In this document: positions 40,535 to 52,669 of the stretch, in pieces
How the letters are laid out: every line of letters starts with the position of its first letter
How positions within the stretch are numbered: the stretch's first letter is position 1
Source: Hypanus sabinus
Taxonomy: Eukaryota
NCBI RefSeq assembly: GCF_030144855.1
Contig: NC_082725.1
Location: 39,494,001-39,558,000 of the forward strand
Length of the DNA: 64,000 nt
Direction of reading: 5' to 3'
The notes under the pieces: generated by a model
Told to the model about the DNA's origin: nothing
Seen by the model: the letters and a program-made list of their open reading frames with translations, nothing else
Databases searched by the model: none
Made by a program: the position numbers and the translations under genes

Positions 40535-40765
40535 AGTAAATCCAAATGCTTTACAACAAATGAAGTACTTTTGAAGCACAGTTACTTCAGTAATGTAGAT
40601 ATTGAGGGATCCCATTTGCAATAATCAGTTCCCAAATGATTAGTCAATCAGCTTTAATGATGTTGATGTGGGATAAATACTATGCAAGACTATTCTCTTC
40701 TTTGACCAAGAATCCACCTGGAAGGGTAGAAATCTTAACGTCTCATTGAAACAGCACTTTCCACA
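40535..40765 (-). mobile_element. Degenerate DeuSINE (SacSINE1-like)
   Basis: ccaaatgctttacaacaaatgaagtacttttgaag...tgatgttgatgtgggataaatac...ccacctggaagggtaga..ttaacgtctcattgaaa resembles the reverse complement of the recalled Deu core and tail. A plus-strand tail fragment lies at ~39985-40120. Confidence 0.65.
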
Positions 40766-40855
40766 AGAACCTCCCTTGGTTAACACACACAAAATGCTGG
40801 CGGAATTCAGCAGGTCAGCTAGCATCTCTAGAGGGTAACAACCAGTGGACGTTTC

Positions 40856-42190
40856 AAGTTTATTGTCAGTCAACCAGTTACACGTATACCACCAAATGAA
40901 GCAGTACATACAACTCACACTCAGCACATAAAGTAATATTACCATAAGTAAGTTAACAAATAATATATTCTAGATGATTGACATTTAGTGTAAAGTGCAT
41001 TTACCACATAAGTGTACTTACCACACAAATTTTAAAAACTAAACAGTATAATGCTACTGGCGTTTCATATGTGATGAGGCCCGGGAGGTGGCAGGGAGTT
41101 CAGTAGTCTCACAGTCTGGGGTAAGAAGCTGTTTTCTGTCCTAACAGTCGTTGCCCTAATGCTATGATACCCCTTGCCTGATGGTGGGGGGAGGGGGTCC
41201 AAAGAGATTGTTGGACAGATAGGAGGGATCATTGACAATGCTAAGTGCCCTGCATAAACAGTGCTCTTGATAAATAACTTGGATAGGTGGAAGAGAGACC
41301 CTAGTGATCCTCTCAACAGTCCTCACAATTCTTTGTAGGGTTTTGTAGTCAGGTGCCTCACAATTCCCGTACCAGATGGTGAAACAGCCGGTCAGGACAC
41401 TTTAAAATGGTGCTGCTGTTAAAAAATGGTTAGAATGGTGGGTGGAGGGGCTCTGGTACTTTCATTTACCTCAGTATCCTCAGGAAGTGCTTCCTTGACC
41501 AAAGGGGGTAGTGTTGAGGGTCAGGTGAAATTGTTCCTTAAGTGCACTTCCAGAATCTAGGTGCTCCCAACTTACTCCACTCCTGATGTGCAGTGAGGAG
41601 TGATCACCCACACCTTCCCAAAGTCCACTATCCACACTGAGACTCAAGTTGTTTTGCTTGCACCATTCGACCAGCCTCTCTCCTTGTCTCTGTACACCAT
41701 CTCACCATTGTTATTGATGAGAACAATCACTGTCGTGTCATCAGCAAACTTGATGAAGTTGAGCTGAATTTGGCAGTACAGTCCTGTGTCATTACATGGA
41801 GCATGTGGCCCTTGGAGAGCGTCAGAGCGCAGCGCGATGGATCTAGAGATGCTGCTGCCAACTCAGATTGATTGTGACCAATGTCAGGAAGTCCAAGATC
41901 TAGTTACAGAGAGAGGTGTTGACACCCAACGAGGGCAGTTTACCCGCCAGCTCCTGAGGAACGATCGTACTAAATGCCGAGCTGAAGTCAATAAACAGCA
42001 TCTTGGTGTACGAGGCATCATTTTCCAGGTGGGGCAGGATGGAGGGGAGGTCAGACCCAGTGGCATTGTCAGTGGACCGATTTGAGCAAAATGGTAAGAG
42101 TCTAATGTAGCATAAAGATGGGATTTAATGTGACCCATAACAAGCTGCTGAAAACACTTCATTATTGTTGAGGTCAGTGCTACTGAATTT
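40856..42190 (-). mobile_element. Decayed Rex1/Babar LINE
   Basis: Remnants of [25 protein letters not shown] and ENSFLPQTVRLLNS. Confidence 0.82.
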
Positions 42191-42739
42191 AGTCATTAAG
42201 ACAGAGACGCCTCATCAGGACCTCCTTTGGTTCTCGTTTAATGATCTCCAGCTCTTCACTTTCCAACTTGGGACATGAAGACAGCATTGGCTCAAGGCTG
42301 AGTGGTCCAGCATCAGGGAAAGTTCTAGCCAGTATCTCTACTTTCCCCCCCCCCCCCCAATAAGACTGCAGATCTAAAGAAAGATCGTTCAATTCTGTTT
42401 GCAGAACCAGCACCCATTTTGTTATTTTTCAAAGTACATTGTTGATCCAGTGAACACCTTAGATGAGGTTTGGGGTCAGGCTCACACCAAGACCAAAGTC
42501 CTTGTTTTGAATCAAAGCCAAATTTTAAAGTAAGTAATTGCTGAAAACAAATTATAAGCAGTCAGTTAATAAGCAATGCATCGTCATTGTCCATCTCAAA
42601 AATGTTACACAACTATAGATACAGATCAGTATTGACAGAGGAATATAGGCCTGGTCTTTCTTTGTAGCAAGAATATACCTTGGCTTAATATACTTTCTGC
42701 AGTCCTGTGCTGGAGTAAGTAGTTCCCCCACACTCTCCA

Positions 42740-43220
42740 CCTCCATCCTCCCAAGCATCTTTGATCACTTTAGCTTTATTTCACAGGAATACAGGCACCA
42801 TGCTGCTTTCCCTTATACTTTAAACATTTCGGCCCTGAGAACAGAGTTTTTTTGTCATTGAAAACTATATACAACTTACTATATCTATATGTCAGTATTT
42901 TTATTTGTTCTTTCCATTGAAGAACAATTTCTTTAACACTTTCTCCAAATCAAAAGGTGTAACTATGGGCACTTACAGACGGCCCACGCTGTGCCTAACA
43001 ATTTATGAGGTCAGCAGACAGTCTATTCTTTATTCTGTTAAGTAGCTCCCCCTCACAGATCTTCCTAGTTTTCTAGTAGATCATCACTAGATCGAATGGT
43101 GTTACTTCACATGCTCAGAATAAATTCCAAAAAAATATCAATATCCACACAGCTCTCACATTCACACAATCCATCTCTCAGTATTCTCTTCATTTTCTTC
43201 AGCTCTGTTTCCATCTCAGG
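42740..43220 (+). mobile_element. Very old Penelope-type RT remnant
   Basis: tttctccaaatcaaaaggtgtaactatgggcact resembles FLQIKGVTMGT (the PLE RT GxAMG motif), with a frameshift. Confidence 0.5.
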
Positions 43221-43221
43221 G

Positions 43222-43510
43222 ATAAGAAGATAAGAACTTAAGAAATAGGAACAGGAGTTGGCCATCTGGCCCATCGGGCCTGTACTGTAATTCAATAAGA
43301 TCGAGGATGATCTGGCCATGGACTCATCTCCACCTACCTGCCTTTTCCTCATGACCCTCAGCTCCCCTGCTATGCAACAGTCTATCCAACCTTGTCTTAC
43401 TGAGGTAGCCTCCACTGCTTCACTGGGCAGAGAATTCCACAGATTCACCTCTCTGCGAAAAGCAGTTCCTCCTCTTCTCCTTCCTAAATCTACTCCCCTG
43501 AATCTTGAGG
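43222..43510 (-). mobile_element. CR1 3' end
   Basis: VNLWNSLPSEAVEATS motif and a (ATAAGA)n-type tail. Confidence 0.8.
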
Positions 43511-44033
43511 ATAGGTTAGCTGCAAAGGTCCATTACAAGCTTACAAAGAACACGGTTTCTCCATCTGTTGGAGAGTGTTTTCTGCACTTCTACTTCAGAT
43601 TTCCAGTGATTCTTTCTTAATTTTCAAAACCCCCAACTAATCTGTTAATGCCTAGGCCAAACCAGGCATCTAGCTGTCAGATCACAAAATGTTATTCCTG
43701 TGTTTTGTGAGATAGCCGATTGATCTAGTTCACTTTTTGTATCGGAGGCATGGGGTATTGGGCAAACAGTAAAGCCAGGCTGCAGTCGTGCTACGCCTTG
43801 CCCTGATCAATGAGTCAAATGCATTGGAGGATTCTTAGTTGATTCAGAACCCAATGTTACTCAATTCTGTTGGTGCAGAATGCTGAGCGCCAAAACAGCG
43901 CGATGAGTTCATGATGTATGTCTGATGTTGCCAGATTGAGTATCCAGGAAATAAGGTTTATCTCCAGGGCATGTCTACAAACTTGCTCAGAAGTAAAAAT
44001 CACTGGAGGATTAAAATAATTGTTTATTTCTAC

Positions 44034-44831
44034 TGTTATGAATGCACCACAGCTCTGAGGGGCCGAAGGGGCGAGGGAGCCCCCTCCTTTGTGAGAATCG
44101 CAAGAGCATTATTGGGTTGGCTCAGAGGACCCAGGAAATGAGAGAGACCTGGCCATTGTATCCTGGAGACCATGTTTGTGGATTGGGGACTATGCTACGT
44201 GCATGCCCTCGGGCAAAGTGGGCTGGTTGAGAGAGAGATTGCATCATCCCAACCTGATTGACATCTGAGACCCCGTGAGGAAGTATAAAAGAGGGTCTGG
44301 GGCAACAACCCCTTCAGACGCACCAGAAGAAACACTAACGATCCCGTAGTAGCAGGAAGCCATTTGAAGGAAGTCACATGCGATCGATTCCGTTGCTGGA
44401 ATCGGTGACTGGAACCACGGAAACCAGCATTTAGCTAACAACGGGGAATCCCGCTCCCCTGACTCAACGGATTTGCTTCATAAAAGACCCAGGCAAGTTT
44501 CTTTTCTCACCAATCTCTCTCTCTCTCCAACAAGTGAAAACCCAGCGGTCCCCCACCCCCCCCCCCCCCAAAAGGCTGAAGCCTGCCGGAACTGAGTGAC
44601 TTTTATATTTCCATCGGACAATATATTATCCCCTAGACAAATGATCGAGCTGTTTCTTATTGATGGTCATTATTAGATTGAGTAGTGAAGACGTATATTA
44701 TCTGAATGTTTGTATTAATCATATTTTTGTGCCCCTTCATAAATAAAGACTTACAAAAAATAGTACCATCAGACTTCAACGGACCTCTCTATCTTTGCTG
44801 GTAAGTGATCCAGTTACGGGATTTTGTAACA
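44034..44831 (+). mobile_element. Solo LTR (798 bp), Gypsy- or ERV-type
   Basis: Termini TGTTA...TAACA. 4-bp TSD CTAC at 44030-44033 and 44832-44835. Internal TATAAAA at ~44284 and AATAAA at ~44742. Confidence 0.85.
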
Positions 44832-47333
44832 CTACAAATACATTTTTAAAAACTTGAGGCTGGCACACCCAATCAAGTAGTAAAATAATCTGCTTCTTTT
44901 CCAAGTGGGTGAATGAAGATGGATGGCGGGTCTGTTGGAATGTGAGGAAGGTACAACAGATAGTTAATGATTGGAGATGAGACACCACATGATGGAATTC
45001 ATCCAATCAGAGCTGGCAACAACCATATGCCTCTCTATATCTTTCATACTCCATCGCAAGTGGCCTTTTAAGGAAAATGACCAGGAAAGAAAGGGGGGGA
45101 GGGAGGGGTAGGGGGAGGAGGAGGAGGAGGAGGGAAACCTACTCTTATATCTTAGACCTTAGCTGGTTCAGCAGCTATGTGAGGAGTTATTGGTATGAAT
45201 GCTGTAGAAAGCCAAGTTTCTCAAAGGGTCCTCCCCATTGTATCTTAAGTCTTTAGAAGGGAGAGTCAATGGGATAATGAAGTGCAATTATAACAATATT
45301 TCCATATTGGTTTATTATTGTCACATATACTGAGATAGCGGGAAATCTCAATTTTGCATACCATCCATGCAGCTTATTTCAAAATGCAAGTACTTTGAGG
45401 CATCATTTGGGAAAAGTAATGAAAATAGAACTAATAGAAAATAGAGTTCCAGTTACTTTTATAGAGAACATGTCGTGCGGTCAGGCAATAAGGTGGAAAG
45501 GCTATGATGAGGTAGATAGTGAGGTCAAGGGTCCATCTTTAACATACAAAAGATGCAAGAGTCTTATAACAACAGGGCAGACGCCGTCCTTGGGCCCAGC
45601 AGTGTGCGTTATCAAGCTTCTGCCTGGTGGAAGTGGGGAGAAGAGAAAAGGTTCAGGGTGGGAGAGGTCTTCCATTAAGCTGGCTGCTTTTCCGAGGCAG
45701 AAAGTAGACCCAGTATCCACTCACAAGAACAGAGTTGCAAAGGAGAATAAAGACAGGAGAAAACAATTTGAAAGTATTGGGAATCATTTTCAAACTGTTT
45801 GCAATGTAGGAGCAATAGTGTTAAACACTATTTAATGACTGCTTAAACTGAGTTTCTGGCACAAGTGGTTGAGTGCACAGCAACCTGTGAATACTTGGTT
45901 TTCTCTTTTGTCTGGCTCTCAGCCTGCACCAAAACGCCAGCCACAGACCTGCGGCCTTCCCCGGGATACAAAAGCCAATGACCACGACTGGATGGAAAAC
46001 AAGTTGGATGTGGAGGAGATTAATATGGATATGACAGAGCCAACTGGCTAACAGCTGGGATCAGGATTAGAATTTAAAAAGCACAGGAATGTGAAATGCT
46101 TAAGAAGCATTTTCCTGAAAACAAAAAAAAGAAAGCATGTTACTAATCAGTCTCCAATCAGCTCCACATAACAATTACTCACAGATATTAGATGGGAAGT
46201 GAACTTCAGGAGAGGCATATCGTTAGAAAAAATTACATAATTTATCTAGTTGTTGCACTCATCAGGAGCACCAAAGAGATCAAGTGAAATATTCAGCCTT
46301 CCATCAAAAACGCAGCTAGCAACTGCTCGTGAATATCTTCTATTAACTGTCAGTGCGGCACCCATGACAAAAGGTCAAGATCAGTCCCAGTGATTACTCA
46401 ATAACGCTGGGCCAAGCAGCCCTAGCAGGTTAACCATGTTAATCCTCCAGATTTGGAATCAGTTCTCAGCTCGGGAATATTGACAAAGCCTATGTGGAAC
46501 AAAAAGTGTCAGTATATATTTGTACAAGGGGTGGCTGTGTCCAGCAGCGCTCCTGATTGCTTGATATTGCACTGCCGAGTGCCATTCATTATAGCACTCT
46601 TGGCCGTGGTTTTCTGTACACTCACGGCTATAAACCCACTGTGCCTTAAAAAGACATTATGTGGTTCTGTACTGCTGTGCTGGAACCCTGCCACAAATCT
46701 GTGTCCTCTACTGCAACCCTACAGGAGCGAAGTTGTTTTGTCATTTCAGTAGTGAAAGCGATCTCATCACCCAGGGCTGAGGGCGGAGTGAGCACCGGGG
46801 TATCTTGCAGGGGCTGCCTGCGAGGGCCAGCTCGATGCCGTAGCTCGGCAGCGAAGGGCCAGGGTCTGCGGCAGGCTCCCAGCACAGTGCAACCCCGCCT
46901 GCGATGGAAGGTGCTGCCACCCTGTTCACGATGCATATTCACTTTCCAGGGTCAGGAAGCATTTTTGCTAAATTCAGCTTTTTTTCCCCCAGATTTATTT
47001 ATCACACGTACATCAAAATTTAGTGAAATGCACTGTTTGCATCAACAACCAGCTCACCCAAGGCAGCCTGCACATTTTTTTAAGCAAAGCAGAAGACGTT
47101 GTTCAAGATTCAAGATGTTTGTTGTCATTTTTTTTTAACTCGTGTTGCTAACCATCCTCTTGAGAAGCATCGCTAGGCAGGCCCAGAAAGTGACCCAACT
47201 GAGACTGAAAATTTATCAAAAGGCACAACATTGCTTGTGAACCTAAGGGTCACGCCATCTGATCTGATCAATGCTGTTGTAAAAATATCACATGCATTTG
47301 AGGTTATCACTAGGTGAATGGTTAAAAAAAATA

Positions 47334-48007
47334 CACACTGTGGCCGCTTTATCAGCAAACACGAGGAAATCTGCAGATGCTGGAAATTCAAACAACACAC
47401 ACAGAATGCTGGTGGAACGCAGCAGGCCAGGCAGCATCCATAAGGAGAAGCGCTGTCGACGTTTCGGGCCGAGACCCTTCGTCAGGACTAACTGAAAGGA
47501 AAGATAGTAAGAGATTTGAAAGTAGGTACACCTCCTCGTTAATGCAAATACCTAATCAACCAACCATGTGGCAGCAATTCAATGAATAAAAGAGCGCAGA
47601 CGTGGTCAAGTTGTTGTTCAGACCAAACATCAGGATGGGGAAGAAATGTGATCTAAGTGGTTTTGACTGTGGAATGATTGTTGGTGCCAGACTGAGTGGA
47701 TTGAGTATCTCAGAAACTGCTAATCTCCTGGGATTCTCACGCACAACAGTTTTCAAGAGTTTATAGAGAATGGTGCAAGAAACAAAGAACAACAACAAGC
47801 GGCAGTTCTGTGGATGAAAGTGCCTTGCTAATGAGAATTGTAGGGCGAGGTTACTGTTATCTCCCTTTCAGCTTCAACTAGTCAGGACAATGGCCAGACT
47901 AGTTCAAGGTGACAGGAAGGTGACAGTAGCTCAAATAACCATGCATTACAACAGTGGTGAGTGCAGAAAAGCATCCAAGGTATACCTAATAAAGTGCCCA
48001 CTGAGTG
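47334..48007 (+). mobile_element. Tc1-like non-autonomous element whose left TIR is split by a Penelope fragment (47356-47523)
   Basis: TA-cacactgtggccgcttta|..|taggtacacc ... tacctaataaagtgcccactgagtg-TA. Transposase N-terminus MGKKCDLSGFDCGMIVGARLSGLSISETANLLGFSRTTV. Confidence 0.88.
47455..47488 (-). ncRNA. Minimal type-I hammerhead ribozyme motif, intact core
   Basis: Minus strand reads GTC CTGACGA A GGGT CTCG GCCC GAAA C GTC GAC: stem I GTC/GAC, core CUGAnGA...GAAA, stem II, palindromic ACGT in place of stem III, and a GUC cleavage triplet. Confidence 0.8.
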
Positions 48008-48675
48008 TAAATATTAGAATTCACTACGGTTAGGGCAGGTGTTACAGAGTCTACTCCTCAGCCTCAACACAGAAACAATCTCTTCCCTGAGCCTTCAGTT
48101 CGTTCAACTGCAGCTTATCGGTATGGTTTTCTAGCTTGTACAGATTATAATTCTACAATGGACTTCCAGCTACTAGAATAATTCCTTTAAATAAATGTGT
48201 TTCAGTTAAACTCAAATAACTTCCTTAATCTGCTTTGTTAGCTGGAAGTATCTCCTCCTTGGTTGCGAGGGTGACTCACCACTTGAAATGATGATTCTTG
48301 ATAGCTAAACCCCTTCAGTAAAGTGCCTATGGCTGATAATTAAATTAGTCTTGGAATTATACTTTTATATATTATAATCTCCCTAAAGTGAGGATAATTA
48401 TAGACAGCTATAAAATTTAAGGACTTGGCTGAAGTTTAAGACTCCAGGACTCAATATCATCACAGTCACTGTATGACTGCTTGGCCCTCCTCAGCCTTGA
48501 CATTTCCCTATGATAACACCTTAGCTCTCAGCTGCTACATCACCTTGCTTCAGCACACACACCACCAGCCTGCATTGCATTGGTGGGACATACCAGAACA
48601 AACCATTTTAATGCTGCAAGCATGCCACGAGGCAGGAAAAGACGATGCTGGGTGTTGCCACACTAGGTTTGTCAT

Positions 48676-48725
48676 CATCAGTAAAACCATCAGTAAAATC
48701 ATCAGTAACACCATCAGTAAAACAT
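48676..48725. repeat. 12-bp tandem repeat (CCATCAGTAAAA) x ~4
   Basis: catcagtaaaaccatcagtaaaatcatcagtaacaccatcagtaaaac. Confidence 0.85.
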
Positions 48726-50325
48726 CTCTCTCTACAATGCACAATGTGACCCCCCCCCCCACCCCCCACCTCCATTTCCATTAGAGCTGTCATTCCTGGA
48801 AACACAACCTGAGCAAGAAGTCACTACAAACGGTTGTTCAAAGCCATTCCCGAGTATAGACTATAGAAGAGTAATTATATTCCTCAAAGCCACGAGTCAT
48901 ATTTCCATTTTAAAGGACCTCTCATCTGCCTTTCTCAGCCCTCCCACCATCTGCTTGTAACCCCTTTCTCTGCAGAACGAGATTTCCCTCTGCATTCTGA
49001 ATGAGGGGGCTGTGTTATCACAATGCCCCCAATAATGATGTTTATTCCTTTAAAGCAGTAATGTCATCCACGTCCAAATGGTAGAGGATTATTTTACAGA
49101 CAGGAGGATGAATTTGTAATATTAAGCACATCAAAGTCTTAAAGCGGAGGAGGAGTCCATTTTGTCTTTTGTACATGTGATGATTGCTTGAAACATTTGT
49201 CATGTTAATCTCTCAGCCATGTTCTTCCTGTTCCCCTCTGGGATGTTATGAACTTTTGCATGCAACAGATAATGAGTGTTGGTTTGATTCGTTATGTAAT
49301 TCTCATGTCACAGCTCTCCTGACTTTGCCAGAACCAAGCCACATCTTGTTAGAATGATAGTTTGAAGTTCCTGTGCGCTAACCAAACAATTACAGTGCTC
49401 GGCGCTTTGACCTAAGCTAACAGTGTTAGATCAGACAATGAAGCACTTATCAGATGGATATTTCAAGCAAAGGAACACCTTTGAAGGAACACAGATGATA
49501 TTTATTAAACATAAGACTGCCTGTAAAGAAATATCAGCTCTTATTTTAAGAAAAGCTGATAGACTTCAGAATGGTGGAATTTATTGGGAATTTATCTATT
49601 CTTTCCTATGTATACTGAATGAAAGAGTAAGCTTATTTCCAAAAGTGTAGGGGATGGAGAAATGGCCCTCTGCTTCTTAACCTCCTTTAATCTGCACAGT
49701 CATTTGAACATGTACATAATATCGAAATAAGTTCATAGCAGCTTTCAATGCAACACATTCAGTCAACAGGGTCAGGAACATGGGTAACAGAAGCTGACCA
49801 TTCAGTCCCTCGAGACCACTCCATTGTTCAATCAGATCATTGGTGATATGCTCTGCAACTCTAATCACCTGCAACATGATTCTCACACCCAAACCAAACA
49901 GAATGTATTGATCAAATGCTCAGTCTCCTTTCAAAACAACCAGCAACTAACTTATAGAGAATTAATAGCTTTCCAATGTTCAACTGAGTTTATATATTTC
50001 AATCCCTGGACAAGAAATAAGTTCAAGGAGTAAGAATAATTTGATGGAGATAAAGAGCTTGTAGTGTTAAAAGTTTTGATTTTGCAGTGAGCCAATATAC
50101 ATTGTGTAATCGAACTCAGAGCCTTTAACTATTATGGGCTTCGATTCACTGATGGGAGGGTCGAGAAGAGTCCAAGTCTAGCGCTAGATTTAGCATTGAG
50201 GAAAGTGGCAACTGTCCAGGAGACTCCAGCTGTCAAGCACCACAATCCTTAGTTGATCATGTGCACAACCCCCACCTCCCTCCCCCAATTAAACCAACCT
50301 GGTTCAAAAATGAACTTGCCTCTTA

Positions 50326-50775
50326 AACATGCCCATTATGAGAATAGGTTGAATGAACTCGGCCTTTTTTCCTTGGAGCGACGGAGGATGAGAGTTGACC
50401 TGACAGAGGTGTATAAGATGATGAGAGGCGTTGATTGGGTGGATAGTCAGAGGCTTTTACCCAGGGCTGAAATGGCTAGCATGAGAGGACACAGTTTTAA
50501 GGTGCTTGGAAGTAGGTATAGAGGAGATGTCAGGGCTAAGTTGTTGTTTTTTTTAAAAACACAGAGAGTGGTGAGTGTGTGGAATGGGCTGCCAGCGACA
50601 GTGGTGGAGGCGAATATAATAGGGTCTTTTAAGAGACTCCTGGACAGGTACATGGAGCTTAGAAAAATAGAAGGCTATGGGTAGCCCTAGGTCATTTCTA
50701 AGGTAAGGACATGTTCGGCACAGCTTTGTGGGCCAAAGGGCCTGTATTGTGCTGTAGGTTTTCTATGTTTCTATA
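50326..50775 (+). mobile_element. CR1 3' fragment
   Basis: YENRLNELGLFSLERRRMRVDLTEVYKMMRG...; (TTTCTATG)n tail. Confidence 0.9.
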
Positions 50776-52669
50776 TTATGCAGCAGCAGCAGACTAATTC
50801 TGTTGGCTGCATTGTAATCCCTGTCAGTCCAAAAATGCAAAATACTATATGCAAATAGCCAGTGATCACATTACAGTAAATGATCCTCTGTTGTAAACAT
50901 TACATAAACAGAACCTCATTGGAGCCCATATAAATATCAGGCAACAAAGTAATAATGCAACATAATAAAGATTCTTCACGTACTCCCATTGTTAAAACTA
51001 CAGCTACAAATGTGCATGTAGAAATGTATTCACATCAAGTCCAAAATAACTCTTTTCAATTTCCAAAACAATGTATTTGAACTTGCACTTCCTACCAGTC
51101 CCCCATCATCCAAGTGCAGACCAACTCTAATTGACTACCAATGTGAGGGTTCGACCATTTAAAATTCAACTTGCTCTGTTAAGTCACACCCAGATGCTCT
51201 GCAAGTATTATTTAGTCTTTGGAGGGACAACTGCATAGCTGTCTTAAATTACGGCCAAATCCTTTGATTGATTTCACACACCAAAGTGGTAGAAATGTGG
51301 GTCTCTCTTCTACAAACAGGTATTATTGCCAAGTCAACAGTGAATGGCAATCACAGGATTGGGATGTGGGAAGGAAGATAGGCAATAGCTTTAGGCCAGA
51401 GATCAGAGAGGTCATTTATGTTTTGTCTGTAATGGTTTGTGCTGTTTCGGAGAAAAATTAAGTTTCATCCAGGTATACCCTGGGTATATATGCCAGTGAC
51501 AATGTACTTGAAATTGAACTTGACTTCACTGTGCAGCAAGTACTATTCAGTAAACTAATTATGTTTGCCCTGTTCCTTCTTTCCTCGCTCTTATTCTGGG
51601 ATATTGTCATTCATCTAGTTTTTGTCTTGTGCACACCCAATCTTTCGGAACTCTTTAAATCATGACAGTACCTTTATCCAGGCTGCAAGTGACAGAATAT
51701 CCTCTGAAACCTTTCCATTTCTCTATCCTCCACCAGAATACTCCTCAAAAACTATTTTATCAAGCATTTACTCAGCTATCTTAACATTTCATTATATGGC
51801 TAAGTGTGAAATTATGAAGTCTTATGCATTATCTTGGAATATTGCACAACGCTGGTATCAATGCAGAATGTTGCAACAGCTCAACAGGGCACTAAACAAT
51901 TTATGATAACAAACCAAAGTCGGGTTAACAAGCGACATTGGGCAAACTTAAGGAAATTAAATTTTATCTAGACAAGGTACATTGCTCAAACAGGATATTC
52001 ATCTCTTTGTCAGTTTTACCGTTCAGTTACACCACAGGTCACATGTAACTCAACTCTACTTTTCTAGTCCACATACCTTAACAACTTTATTATTAAGAAA
52101 ACGCATACCAGATTTTCTGCTGCGTGTGTGAAGAAAAATATTTCTGGCCACAGTACTAGATTGATTCCTCAAAATTAAGAGAGTCTTATGATTAGCAATT
52201 AAGCCCACCTTAGGCCTGGTGCATCTGGAGTTTAGAAGAACTAGTGACAAGCTCATTCTGAGGGGAGTTGGCAGGGCAGATGGTGAGAGATGGTTTCCAA
52301 ATACTGTATATTGGAAATAAAGAACTGGAACTAACCCCAAACCCAACACATCTTACCCACTTTCCCTTCCATGTCTGCTAGCAGCGTCTTCAGTTGCTTT
52401 GGCTCTACTATCTATAACTTCCTCCTAAACCCGTCCATCTCTTTTCTTTTCCTTCAGCCTACCAAAGTCTCTCCAAAAAGCACCTCTTGATAAGGAACCA
52501 TTTTAACTAGAAATTTGTTTTCTTAACTTTCCATGTAGAAAAATCTCCCAGGAGCTTGGCTTATGTTAGAAATGCTGTACAAGTTCAAGTATTTTGGTTT
52601 ATAGTAGCCTTTAAAAGGACAAACATACATGTGGTCTCCAGATGAAACAGAGAATTTTAAGAACAATTA

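Noticed and set aside
45085-45135. G-rich tract with G-quadruplex potential
   Set aside because: Simple low-complexity (GAG)n/poly-G sequence with no supporting context.
46646-46942. 98-aa minus-strand ORF as an alternative coding first exon of ZNRF2
   Set aside because: It stops before the nearby donor site. The frame compatible with the phase-1 acceptor at 9614 contains a TAA, and the peptide has no recognisable homology.
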